Assembly (NCBI GenBank): GCA_937625935.1
Contig: OW569386.1
Span: 1-64,000, forward strand
DNA: 64,000 nucleotides
From: Tetramitus jugosus
Lineage: Eukaryota > Protista > Heterolobosea
Direction of reading: 5' to 3'
Part shown: piece after piece, positions 8,080-19,910 of the stretch
Numbering within the stretch: the first letter of the stretch is position 1
Layout of the letters: each line of letters opens with the position of its first letter
Translations under genes and position numbers: made by a program
The notes under the pieces: model-generated
Seen by the model: only the letters and a program-made list of their open reading frames with translations
Told to the model about the DNA's origin: nothing
Databases searched by the model: none

Positions 8080-9176
8080 CTGTGACAGTTGTCTGGCTGT
8101 TGTCAATATCTGGGGAAGGAACACAGAATACACAAGTGGAGAAGAGATTTGTAGAACCATTGGCACAGCTATTGAAGAACAGGAAAAAATGATTTATGTG
8201 CGATCTGCAGGATCTGCCTCCTTCAATCGAGTTTGACATGCATCGTTGTATCTGTACCACATCCTACTACTCTTCGCATACGATAAACTTCACTTCGGTA
8301 TAAAATGATCTATACTCGTAATCTGGACTCCAATCAACTGCGTGATCGCTGTGGTGTCTAGTGTGTCATTCATTTCTTAGATCGGGTAAATACTCTGTGA
8401 AGGAGTAATAATAACTCTAAACTGGGAAGTTGCACCACCATTTTTAGCAAATCCTGGTTGCAATCTGATATTCAGAAGATTGTTTGTTGCAATACACCAT
8501 TCCTGTACCCTCCAGTTCTCATACACTCTTTGTAACACTGGAGAAGGTACTATATTAATATCGAATTCCTCCTCTGCATCCTTCATCTCATTCATATCAC
8601 CATCCTCCATTTCATGTACTTCTTTATTGTTGTCATCCGTGCACATATTATATATCTTGTTGAGGCTGCTCAAAAATTGAATGATTCAACCTTGTATGAA
8701 ACACAGCTCTTTTAGGCAAGAAAATACAACGAAGTTTTTCAATTTTATGAGAAGGAGTGTATCATAATCCTCGCAAATCCTCGCGCTTTTTTTGAAATGT
8801 AACAAATGAAGAAGAAACAACACAAGCTTGGAGAATAAAACATGGTTGACTCTATTCAGTATTATTATCGATCTCTGAAGAGAAAGAGGCCCAACTGCTT
8901 CGACTGCTGCAAAACATCAATGATGAGGTTGAAAGATACAAAGAAATGGTTCTGGAGGATGTTTTATAGATACCGACAAGGATACGTAAATGTACAGAGG
9001 AAGTATTGAATGTTCATCAAAATAAAATTCTATCCAGTTTGGTTCTGTAGATCTGCTCTTGATTCGGGATTCCGCCAAGAACTAGTCCGCAAAAAGCCCT
9101 CTGCGCACTGATGTTCATTCAAGTTGGGTTCGTTTGACATGATGCAACAAAGAGTAACACAAGGAAACGAACATCA

Positions 9177-9641
9177 ATGAGGACAGTCCAATCATTCCAC
9201 GAAATTACTCAAGATGAGATCTCTAACAACATTCCCGTCCTCATAGTGAACAAGGGTTATGGAGAACTTCAATTGGAAAACTATCACTACTCACAAGCGA
9301 TCAGAATTGGGAATCGTGTGGAAATATCTGGACAAGGCGGATATGACTATGAGTTCAACTATCCCGAAAATGCAACATTGAAGGAAGAGATTGTTCAATC
9401 TCTGAAAAATGTACAAAATGTGTTGGAAGCAGCTGGAGCCACATGGAACGATGTATTCAGTTTAACAACCTACCATGTCAACTTGAACGAAAGAGATGCC
9501 ATCTTCTTGGGTGAACAAATCAGGAGTAGAATTACTTCTCACGCCCCCTTATGGACATGTATCGGTGTTGCAAAACTGGCGGATTCAAGGATGAGAGTCG
9601 AGATTGTTGTCAGCGCCATTGCGTCTTCAAACAACAAGTAA
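9177..9641 (+). CDS. Rid (YjgF/YER057c/UK114) family protein, non-RidA subfamily
   Basis: YSQAIRIGNRVEISGQ, NVQNVLEAAGAT, PLWTCIGV..L....RVEI. Confidence 0.88.
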   Translation: MRTVQSFHEITQDEISNNIPVLIVNKGYGELQLENYHYSQAIRIGNRVEISGQGGYDYEFNYPENATLKEEIVQSLKNVQNVLEAAGATWNDVFSLTTYHVNLNERDAIFLGEQIRSRITSHAPLWTCIGVAKLADSRMRVEIVVSAIASSNNK

Positions 9642-9761
9642 AATGCGATACCACCTAGTCTTCAAACACTTCTTCACTGATTTATGTATTCAATTAGATC
9701 GGACAGAAAGTCGGGGCCAACACCCGAAAAATCGTTAGGAGTGATATGAACCGTCATGCAT

Positions 9762-11720
9762 TTATTGTTGTTGCTGTTGAAAACGTCTGAACACATCATG
9801 AACCAGCATTCTTTTCACCACATGCTCCAAGTCGTCAAACAAATCAACTTGACCAATACCCTTCATGATTCTCTTTGATTGATTTTCAACGACTTCTTTT
9901 GACAAGTTCAACTCCCAAATGGCTCCTTGCTTCAAAAACTTATTGTAAATTGAGTCCTTCATATCATTTCGCTCATTAATCTTCGAAAGTGATTTGAACT
10001 TCAACACCTCTTTCAAAAATTCCAAATTCTCAGCACAGAGACAATTATCACAATACTCCTTGAATTGGGCATAGGTTTCCGGTTGTTGCATCATTGAATC
10101 AAAGCTCATTATCATTTGTAGATCATGCAACTTCTCCTTTTCCTTGTCTAGACTCTGTATCAAAGCTTGACGGTCACTCAAATCTCGGAGCACAACAATC
10201 TTTGCGTTGATAGATTCACCTTGTGATCCCGACAAGATGCATTCACTTACACTGACGCTTACAAGTCTCTGAACGCCAGTTTTTGAAATGATCGTAGTTT
10301 CTTTACCGTTCCACCGAGCGTACACTGGAAGATTATCTTCTGTGAACTTTGTAGAATCAAGAAAAGAAGCTGGAAAGATGTCCCTTATCGTAATATTCTC
10401 CAATTCCGATTCAAAAAATTGAAACATTTTCCAAAAGGCTGAATTAACTTGCAATATTTTCCCCATTTGGTTGATTGTTAATACAGCATCCTGCATTCCA
10501 TTCATGATAGTGTGGGTCTTCTGTTCCTCTTGTGCCACTCTATCTAACAGAGATTGCAATTTACTTTTCGAATTTTCCAGTAGTTTATATTCGACATTCT
10601 GTTTCGATCGTTCATTCTCATACTGCAATCTTTTTATCAAAAGCAGTATAATGATGAATGCTATAAGTGCACCACATATAGGCATGAACAAGCCGAACCA
10701 CTTGGATGTTTTCTTATTCTTAGAGATGAACGTCGGCGTTGCAAGGTAGTAGATTCTGTACATCCTGTCTGCAACACCAATATCTTCGAACTTTGTATAC
10801 CGAGCATTGTGAATCTTGTTCATGGATTTTGATAAAATCATAGAATCAATGCTCCCTTTGAACATTGAATCATAAATCAATCTCTCATGGGTATCAGTAC
10901 TGTTCATATCAAGAACAACTACATTTACATGCATGTTTACGTTTGCCATAGCAGCTGTCATGATCTTTCCTAATTGAAACAGACCTAGCGTTGCTCCTAG
11001 AAAGTTGCCTTCACTTGTACTATTGTTGGTCGTATTGAATACAGGAGCTAAGACCATAAAAGCTGGAATTTTGATGTTATTGTTCAACGACTCAATTAAA
11101 ACCACCTTGGCACTTGCAGCTACTCTACCTTTCATGCATCTCATGATAGTGTCTCTTCTCATTGGCTCAAAACCCAGGTCAAGACCCAACACCCCAATAC
11201 TTGCTTCAAGTGGTGAGTTGAAATAGATGGGATAATACTCACTCCTTTCTGCAACCTTCACGAGATCTCCATTGTTGTTGAATTCTCTGATTTGAAAAGA
11301 GGAAAACTCTGGTGCAGCCATCCGCGCCATACTCTCGAACGAAGACAATTCATCCAGAGGAACTCGAGGGATCCACTGAAGAGACATCAAGATATCATTC
11401 TTGAGCGAATCGGACTCTTCAGTGAAACCTACAAATTCCTGAAAGGATAAATTGGGAAACACTGACATGAGGCCTTTCAGAAGCATGACCTCCCGAATCA
11501 CACCGCCCATAATTCTATTCATATTCTGTGCAAACACATTGCCCGTTGTCTTTAGCTCTCTGACTGTTGAAATCACCTCAGCTGAATGAAGACTGACGAA
11601 GAGACCAACACCCAATGCAATTGAACCCAGGAACAGCAGTGTACCAATAAAAATAATGGGCAGGTCATAGCGCCAGTTAGCGTAACTGCAACGAGGACGA
11701 ATGCTCTTTGAATGCTCCAT
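9762..11720 (-). CDS. Membrane sensor: TM-CHASE-TM-coiled coil-PAS-RGS
   Basis: CHASE (LQWIPRV, RSEYYPIYF, VLGLDL..EPMRR), PAS (AVLTINQMGKILQVNSAF), RGS (CAENLEFL..IYNKFL....ELNL..LFD..DVFRRF). Confidence 0.85.
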   Translation of the reverse strand: MEHSKSIRPRCSYANWRYDLPIIFIGTLLFLGSIALGVGLFVSLHSAEVISTVRELKTTGNVFAQNMNRIMGGVIREVMLLKGLMSVFPNLSFQEFVGFTEESDSLKNDILMSLQWIPRVPLDELSSFESMARMAAPEFSSFQIREFNNNGDLVKVAERSEYYPIYFNSPLEASIGVLGLDLGFEPMRRDTIMRCMKGRVAASAKVVLIESLNNNIKIPAFMVLAPVFNTTNNSTSEGNFLGATLGLFQLGKIMTAAMANVNMHVNVVVLDMNSTDTHERLIYDSMFKGSIDSMILSKSMNKIHNARYTKFEDIGVADRMYRIYYLATPTFISKNKKTSKWFGLFMPICGALIAFIIILLLIKRLQYENERSKQNVEYKLLENSKSKLQSLLDRVAQEEQKTHTIMNGMQDAVLTINQMGKILQVNSAFWKMFQFFESELENITIRDIFPASFLDSTKFTEDNLPVYARWNGKETTIISKTGVQRLVSVSVSECILSGSQGESINAKIVVLRDLSDRQALIQSLDKEKEKLHDLQMIMSFDSMMQQPETYAQFKEYCDNCLCAENLEFLKEVLKFKSLSKINERNDMKDSIYNKFLKQGAIWELNLSKEVVENQSKRIMKGIGQVDLFDDLEHVVKRMLVHDVFRRFQQQQQ

Positions 11721-12093
11721 CCTTAGATACACCTATTCCTATTGTTTATTTCGTATTTGTTTGCATGAACGATAGCACACTGCTGGAGAGTGTAATTGAT
11801 GAAAGTTGTGGAGTGTAGATTGAAAGATGACATTGGGATATTTGGACATTGGCCCAAAAAGGAGCGGTTCACTTTGCGGGTCCCCCAAGAGAACTTTTGC
11901 CGAAGGGAAACCGTGATATTGTGGAAAATCCCGACCATCGGATCCTGTCATTGAGTTGATTGGAATGGGACAAAATCGTGCCATTTCCTCAACAGGAGGA
12001 GATTGTAATCCCTCATAATCCTTATTGGTAGAACAGAAGCACTTCCGAGGTTTGTCTCTTGCAGAGTTCCGACATGGTTACAGGAACTTGTCA

Positions 12094-15000
12094 TCAACGA
12101 GCCCATCGACTCACGACATCGAAAATATCTTGTTTGAGGTACGGTTTGGTTATGTATGACTGCATACCACTCAAGATTGCTTCTTCTCTGAATTGTTGTC
12201 GCGCATTTGCAGACACTCCAATGATCGGGACTGGGGTAGACTTGTCTTTCTGTTCTTTTCTTCTGATTGCCTTTGTGCCTTCGAGCCCACTCATGATAGG
12301 CATTTCAATGTCCATCAATACTAGATCATAGTTTGTCTTGGCGACCATTGTTATCGCTTCCATTCCATTCGTTGCAACATCACACCGATGATCAGCCAAG
12401 TGAAGAATTTTCATTAACAACTTTGCGTTAATAGGATTGTCTTCAGCAATCAGAATTAGTTTTCCAGGCACGACAGGAGGGACTTGAATCAGTTGAGTCA
12501 ATTGTTCGAGTTGCTCATTCTCTTTAAAAGTATTAACCTCGGGGTGATCATGACTCTCGTAATATTCCCTTATCTCTTCTCGAGATGGGATCTGGAGTGT
12601 GATATAAAAGTAGAATTTAGACCCTTTGTCCTTTGATGATTCTACACCGATGGACCCTCCAAATGCCTGTACTAAGTCCTTACAAATCTTGAGGCCCAGA
12701 CCTATCCATGAACAAAGATATTAGCGAGACAAGAAAGAATGATACAATGAGTTACAATGATAATTACCTGCTCCTCCAAACTGTTTGAATGTGCCTCGTG
12801 TGGCTTGTGAAAACGGTTTGAACAATCTTTGTTGTTCCTTTTCTGTCATCCCGATACCAGAGTCTTGCACAGATGTGATGAGCGTAGTCGTATTCGGATT
12901 CTGTCCAGGTGTGCAAGAACAAGATACTATGATTGCTCCTTCATCCGAAAATTTGATGGCATTGCTGAGCAAGTTAATCAAAATTTCCTTATATCGATAT
13001 GGATCACCAGAAACAACCTTGCTCTGTAATGTGCTGGATATTTCACTAATCAGTTCAATTGATTTACCTTGAAGTTGTCCCTTAAACATTTGGGCAACTT
13101 GATCAATAACTTCAGCTGGCTCAAACAGAATACTTTGAAGTTTGATACTCTGATGTTCTATCATTGATAAGTTCAACACAGAATCCACAATATCCTTTAG
13201 ATGGTAAGCCGAAAGAGTAATTGCATTTACTCCATCTTGGAAGCTAGCATCAGTAGACTGGTTCTCCATCAATATTTCAGTGTTTCCTAGAATTGCATTG
13301 ACTGGATTGCGCAACTCATGACACAACACATCGATATATCTGATCAAATACAAGAGTGAGTAAAACATGTTCTCAAAATTCAACATTCGATGTGATCAAT
13401 ACATACTCTTCAAGCCTCTTCTTGATTCCTGCCAATTCCGAAGATAATACCCGATACTTTCTTTCACTTTCCAACAACTGAGAGAATTTGACGTTTTCCA
13501 AAAGAATTGATATTTGAGCTGCCAAGATAGATGTGATTTTGGCCTGCTGAGCACTAAATGCATTCCCCAATAGTTTTTGTTCCAAGTAGATAACTCCCTT
13601 GAAGTCATTGTGTTTAATGATGGGAGCACATAATATGGATTTAACACCATTAAAAACAACATATGGATCCTTTGCAAACAAAACGGAGGGAGACTTATCT
13701 CCCATAATTATAGTTTCTTTCGTTCTTGCAACATAGTTGATAATCGATAATGGATAGTTTGTACAAGAAGAGAGGGGCAACGCACGAAGTGAATCAATAT
13801 AAACACTCTCCACATTGCCATCTGCAACTACAAGCAGATCACCATTCGAATCAGCCAACATAAACACTCCTCGTTGCGCGCCTGAACTTTCGATCACCAA
13901 TCTCATCATATTATCTAAAAATTGATCCAAGGATAAGTCCATTGAAATATTTTTTGCTGCTTTCATTACAGTTAGAAGATCTCTGGAGTTGGTCGAATAG
14001 TCATCTCTATCATCAACTAATCCGTCTTCAAAAATATCTTTAGAACCACTGAGCAGCATGTAATCGTCAGTAGCTAAAGAATCTTTCTTAAGAATCTCAG
14101 AATAATTCCGTCTGAGTTGCTTAACCTTCATCACACTACCCCATTCACGATACAAATCAAATGCATCCTGAATATGTTTTTGTGCATAACTCATCATACC
14201 TTTCCTGAACCAAAGTTTACCCATCAATTCGTTCGCCAGAGCTTCATACTGTAGGAACTTATCTCGAAAAGCAGCAACTCTGGCTTTCTCGTAGTACATT
14301 ACAGCATCCATCTCATTCTTATTCATTAGACTGTATTCTGCTTTCAATAACAAGAGCTTATGCTCATTATTTGCAGGACACAAGACAGAAAATTTGTCAA
14401 ATAGCCGGATTGCAAAGTCAATACGATCAAGATACTTTCGCGCACTCTCAAAAGGAATTCCACTCATAAACGCGTCCATGTATCCCATAGCTGATAGAAA
14501 AATAACCTCGAATCGAGTGTAGTATCCAACCATCGAGTCAGGATAATCATCAAAAAAGCGATCAGAATAATACACTAGCTTCTCTATCGAATTATTCTCC
14601 CAATAACTGGATTGAACTTTTCCTGAATAGTATCCACCAACATTGATGTAATCATTCCGATTGTACGCAAGATATTCCTCTTCTAGAATTGGTTCAGGTA
14701 TTAAGCAATGACACCGAACTGGCATTGTCACTCCAATAGCGTAGTGGTAGATAAAGTCATTAATTTTGTGAATATAGGGCATATTTCTTTCGTATAGCCT
14801 TTGAATCTCGTCCAACTTGACTCCTCTGAAGTATCGATAGTTAATCATATGATGTGCGGCATAACTAGAATATGAGAAATCTCCATATTGTATTGCGAGA
14901 TCCATGCAAGAATCTAGATATGGAATTGCTTGTTCAAGGTGCTGAGTGTAATGAGAGCTTGTGCCAAAGGTAAAATATGCCCTACATTTCTGTGATTCAT

Positions 15001-18000
15001 TCGGATAAATGTCTAAACATTTCAAGCCTAGTAACCCAAAGTCAACAGACTGCTTTTCTCTTCCGGGAATATCAGCACACACCAAAAAATTGATATAGGC
15101 AATGACAGAATGCGAACAATTTCCATGCTTTAACGTGAAATTGCACGCTCTGGCACATGTCAAACATAAGAGCTCTCCATTTTGGAATCCAAGACAATAA
15201 ACAGGAGTGTATAACCAAACTAAGAGACGAAATATTAACAGATGATTTGGATCTTTCATCTCTGGTGCATCGATAAAGTCGGCAATACTTCTATTGCTGA
15301 TATTCCTATCCACTTCTTCTAACTCATCTAGCAATGCTTGATGAACGCCTTCAACTGTATCGGGAAAGTAAATCCCAAAGTAAGACAAGCAATCGGTGAG
15401 AACCCTATATGCATCTGCGTATCTCTGTTGAACTTCGTATTGGTTGACTTTAATGATGTTTACGCCAATCTTATCGTTCACACTCACACATTTCTCTATA
15501 ATTGCATCATATAATTTCTCGGCTTCTTCGAAATTTCTTCGTAAGTATTCACTTTCAACGAGTTGTTCGTTCAGCTTCAACATTAATTGGTAATAGGATG
15601 TCCAAGCATCTTCTGGCAACAGCTTCATTCCGCAACTGGCAAAATCAAAAGCAGGATCATAAGCAGAACACTCCTTTGCTCTTTGACTCGCTCTCAGGAA
15701 CAACTCAGCAATCTTAGCTCTCTCGTCCATATCAACCAATAAATCTATTGCAATCTTGAAGTGGTTCAATATGTCAAAAAGTGCCTCTTCTTGTTGATGT
15801 TGTGTTAGTTTCTCTAATAGAAGTCTTCCAATAAATAAGTGAACATTATTTCTTTCAGACTCACGAACAAGTTCGTATGCTGCTTGTTGTACTCGATCAT
15901 GAAGAAAAGAGAACTGAATATTCTGATTTGCATCTAGATCAGCCAATAAAGCAGCCGGCGAGGTCTCATCTCCAAATTGTAGAACTAAACCATCTTTAAC
16001 AGCAGGCCACAGTTCAAGTGCCGTACTTGAAAAAGATTTTTGAAAAGCAACTGAGAGAATATCAAGATCAAATTTGCTTCCAATACTGGCAGCCAATGAG
16101 AGGATTCTTTGAGTACCTGGTTCTAATTTTTGAATTCTTTGTCGCATCATCTCAACAACATTGTCTGTCAAGTTTCTCTGATACAGCTCATTCATGTTCC
16201 ATTTCCACTGACCATCAACATTATCGAACTTAATTAATCCATCGTGTGAAAGATTCGTCAAGAACATGACAACAAAGAATGGATTCCCAGAAGTCTTGTG
16301 TAACACTAACTGAGCCAGCTCCCGGCAATGTTCAACACTCTTGTTGAATGTGTCAGCGATTAACTGATTGACATGACACAATGTTAATGGCTGAAGTGCT
16401 ATTTTCTTCGCATTCTTTTTCTTCTCTAACCGTTTCATGGATAAGGCGAGTGGGTGAGTGTTTCCAACTTCATTGTCTCTGTATGCACAAATGATTAAAA
16501 GATATTGAGTATCTCCAGCAAGAATATCCTCCAATAGATCTAGTGTGGAGATGTCTGCCCACTGCAAATCATCTAGAAATATCGAGAGTGGATGAGCTTT
16601 GCTCGAGAACACACCTATAAAATCACTCATGATTCTCTTGAACCGATTTTCATTTTCACTTGGACCTAGCTCAGCCACTGGAGGTTGAGGCCCAATAATC
16701 AACTCAACATCCGGTATCACGTCTGTGATCACCTTGCCGCTCAACGACAACATTTTCTGCAGACTGGAGCGCCAATATTGAATCTGTTCATCTGATTCTG
16801 TCAGAATGATGGCAATTAATTGCTTGAACGCCTGAATAAGAGAAAAATAGGGAATGTTTCGCTTGAACTGATCAAACTTGCCAGAGATAAAGTAACCCTT
16901 GTCTCGCATCAGTGGTTTTTGTACCTCGTTGATTAGACTAGTTTTGCCTAGACCTGAAAACCCCGAAACGTATAGAATATTGCTTTGCACTGCCCCAGTT
17001 GTAACTTCTTCAAATGTTTCTAACAAGACCGAAATATCCTTCTCCCGTCCATAGAGTTTCTGCGATATCCGAAATGTGCTATACACGTCATGCTCACAAA
17101 TCTCAAACTCGTCCACCTTGTCATGAGTCCGCAAAGAATCAAGACATCTCTGTAGATCCATCTTAATACCAAAGCAGGATTGATACCGATTCTCTGCACT
17201 CTTTGCGAGCATTTTCATAATAATTTGAGAAATTACAAGTGGTATCGATGAATCCACCTCATGTGGTAACATGGGAGTTTTTGCTATGTGACTATAAATT
17301 AATTTGGAGTGATCGTTGTTCTCAAATGGCAATTTGCCAGTGATCATCTGATAGAACACGACACCCAAGCTGTAAAAATCAGTGCGGTAGTCCAAATCTC
17401 TGTGAAGACCTGTTTGCTCTGGTGAGATGTATTCCAGGCAATCCGTAAAGTTCTTGATATTGATCACTGGTTGATACTGCTTGTTCAGCATGGAGGACAA
17501 CCCAAAATCCGTAAACTTTATCTCTCCTGTTATATCATTGTAGAGCAAGTGCTTTGGTGTGATGTTTTGATGTATCACTCCGGATCGATGAATGGTCGCC
17601 AGTCCCTCGATAATGGAGATGGCAATGGTTAAAAACTCATCCAATCCATATTTCTGAACAAAAAGGAAAGAAAAGTTAATCACACATTAGTAAACGAACA
17701 AATGATTCAACCAACAAAAGAAAGTAAGCAAAAAGCTCTTCACGTACTGTTTTGTCAGTGCGCAAGGGTGTGCCATGCGAGTCTTCTAAGATTAACGCTT
17801 GTCGTTTGCCACTGCCATACCGTCTCAACTCAAAGCATTGAACAACATTGCTGTTCCCCATCAAATGTTGGGCCACTTCGAATTCCCTTCGAATCTTGTG
17901 TTTCATTTTTGAGCTGAGTGAATCTGATCTGAACAGTTTGATGATCACAGTGCACTCTCTTGCACAACTGTATGCCCTATACACGATGGATCGTTTCGTC

Positions 18001-18089
18001 GTTGTCACATGTTCCACCTGTAGATACCCCTCAAAAAGATCGCAGTGACAACTGCCATTTGCACTATTGTCTCCTGATTTGCTGACCAT
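12094..18089 (-). CDS. Hybrid histidine kinase STK-AAA/STAND ATPase-GAF-HisKA-HATPase-REC, ~1922 aa, 4 exons
   Basis: Introns 17654-17747, 13340-13406 and 12702-12767 (GT-AG) join four ORFs in frame. Motifs: DFG/YISPEQTG, GFSGLGKT, LDDLQWAD, SILCAPI..GVIYLE, CHELRNP, NLLSNAIKF, DSGIG, GGAGLGL, AEDNPIN..LMDIEMP..KP. Confidence 0.92.
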
Positions 18090-18557
18090 GGTGATAATGC
18101 TTGATGAATTGAATAGGTTGTTGTTGTAGGCCTCAATATGTGAGTGAGAGATACTATGGCTTGCTAATGATTTTTTGACAGACAGGTACTCACTTTTTGG
18201 TTGGAGGCCTCGAGGTGATGTTGCGGTTGATTTAGTGTTATTTGTGGGTCAAAATATTCCTCATCTGGTTCGGAAGAAGACATTGCACCTTAATGAGATC
18301 TCTCCGAAAGGTCCATGCCTTGAATCAGGAACTATTTTTTGGTAGTTACTACGAAAACCAATGCCTGAATCTAACAAACAACAAGCAAGAAATCAGGCAC
18401 TTGTGAGATACCCGAGCTGCTATCTTCCGGATCTCTAACAGGACTGTGAATCACTCAAACTCCTCCTTTCTAAAGCTCCACAAGCTCCAAAGACACGAAT
18501 GGCAATCTGGGAAAGGGTCAACCCTCGGAACTTTATTGCACTCGATGCAAGGAAAAA

Positions 18558-19262
18558 TTAAGCGCCAATAATTAAACGAACAGAACGACCAGATGGATTG
18601 ATGTGGCCAGTGTTCGAAATAGCAACGTCCTCTTCCACCTTCAATCCAGCTCTCTCAAAACTGGCAAAGAACTCACTGGCGTATGTGACTTGGCCAAAGT
18701 CAATCGTCGTCAAAAACCTTAGTAGAGGCTTCATTAACTCTAGCAATTGATTCTTCTTTTCTTCAAATGTCTGAGTCACATAAATCTTTCCTTGTTGTTT
18801 GATCATCTTTCGTACATGTTGTAATGCCCTTGTCGGATCGGGCATAATCATCAGACTGCCGGAGAAATAAATAGCATCAAAAAGATGATCGTTTTGATCA
18901 TTGCCCTTTGAAGGTTGATAATCATAAATGGACTCATGAATCACTTGAACGTATTTGCTCAATCCTCTCTTCTCAATATTTTGTTGACACAGTTTCACAT
19001 AATCCAAATCATAGTCCACACCAATGACAGTAATGTTTTTTTCACGCAAAAGCTTTTCATTGGCAAACAAAGCGGATCCAGTGCCTATGCCAACATCGAG
19101 AATGTGAGCATCTTGAGGCAATCGTTCGAGAACGACTCTGTACCACTCTTTTGTCATTTTTACAATGAGAAAATCATAGATGAATGGTCTATATTTCTGT
19201 AATAGGACGTAAAACAGTGCAGACAGCACAACAAACACAGTAGCAAGTGTGGAGAATGACAT
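18558..19262 (-). CDS. Class I SAM-dependent methyltransferase with N-terminal TM (phospholipid N-methyltransferase-like)
   Basis: ILDVGIGTG, GVDYD, FDAIYFSGSLM. Confidence 0.85.
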   Translation of the reverse strand: MSFSTLATVFVVLSALFYVLLQKYRPFIYDFLIVKMTKEWYRVVLERLPQDAHILDVGIGTGSALFANEKLLREKNITVIGVDYDLDYVKLCQQNIEKRGLSKYVQVIHESIYDYQPSKGNDQNDHLFDAIYFSGSLMIMPDPTRALQHVRKMIKQQGKIYVTQTFEEKKNQLLELMKPLLRFLTTIDFGQVTYASEFFASFERAGLKVEEDVAISNTGHINPSGRSVRLIIGA

Positions 19263-19396
19263 TTTGAAGAAGATTGTTGTCAAAAGTGAAGTTTGTGTAT
19301 TTCACTGTTTTTCACACCAAACTTTCTCCGCGGCCACGAGTAAAACGCCGCTAAAAAGGATGTCGTTATTTTTATTTGAAGGGGCAGCACGATGTC

Positions 19397-19846
19397 CTAA
19401 CTTCTTGCCTTCTTCAACATTTCGTTATACTCGTCCTCTGTTTTCAACAACAAACTAATCCCGTGCATCTCCTTAATATCCTCCTTCAGCACCTCATGCA
19501 CAGCTCTGTGTCTCTTGACTGGGGTTTGTCCCTTGAATCCATCACTCACGATCAGCACATTGAACATGCTACCACAACCACCACTCACATCCTGAACATT
19601 CAACAAAATTGGTGCAAACTTGTCTGTCAACACATTTTTGATCAGCTGTTCCTTGGTTAATTTCTCCGAAGGTGCGGAATAATGTCGCACGCTCACAAAT
19701 GTCGTTTGCTTCTTGTTGCTTGCTCTTGTGATTGTTGGAGTGATGACAGAAATGTGGTTTGTGGTGGGCATTCGTGATGTCATGGCAAATAATGTTTGAT
19801 GGCGATTGCATGCACCACTCTTGATCAAATGAAGGGCTCTTCTCAT
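19397..19846 (-). CDS. BOLA3: Mitochondrial BolA protein (BolA3-like)
   Basis: DVSGGCGSMF..VSDGFKG...KRHRAV..L...MHG; Arg/Ser-rich presequence. Confidence 0.85.
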   Translation of the reverse strand: MRRALHLIKSGACNRHQTLFAMTSRMPTTNHISVITPTITRASNKKQTTFVSVRHYSAPSEKLTKEQLIKNVLTDKFAPILLNVQDVSGGCGSMFNVLIVSDGFKGQTPVKRHRAVHEVLKEDIKEMHGISLLLKTEDEYNEMLKKARS

Positions 19847-19910
19847 TTTGTTGGTGTTGTTTTTTGAATAATTTATTATTTTTTGGGTTCAAAAGCATGT
19901 GACCAGAAAA

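Noticed and set aside
8080-9000. Coding-like fragments, including ORF 8377-8673
   Set aside because: Possibly decayed gene remnants, but no family is recognisable; not supportable as features.
18100-18550. Possible structured RNA or tRNA in intergenic regions (also 29200-29700, 44820-45000)
   Set aside because: No cloverleaf or convincing C/D boxes seen by eye; tRNAscan-SE or Infernal would be needed to exclude them.
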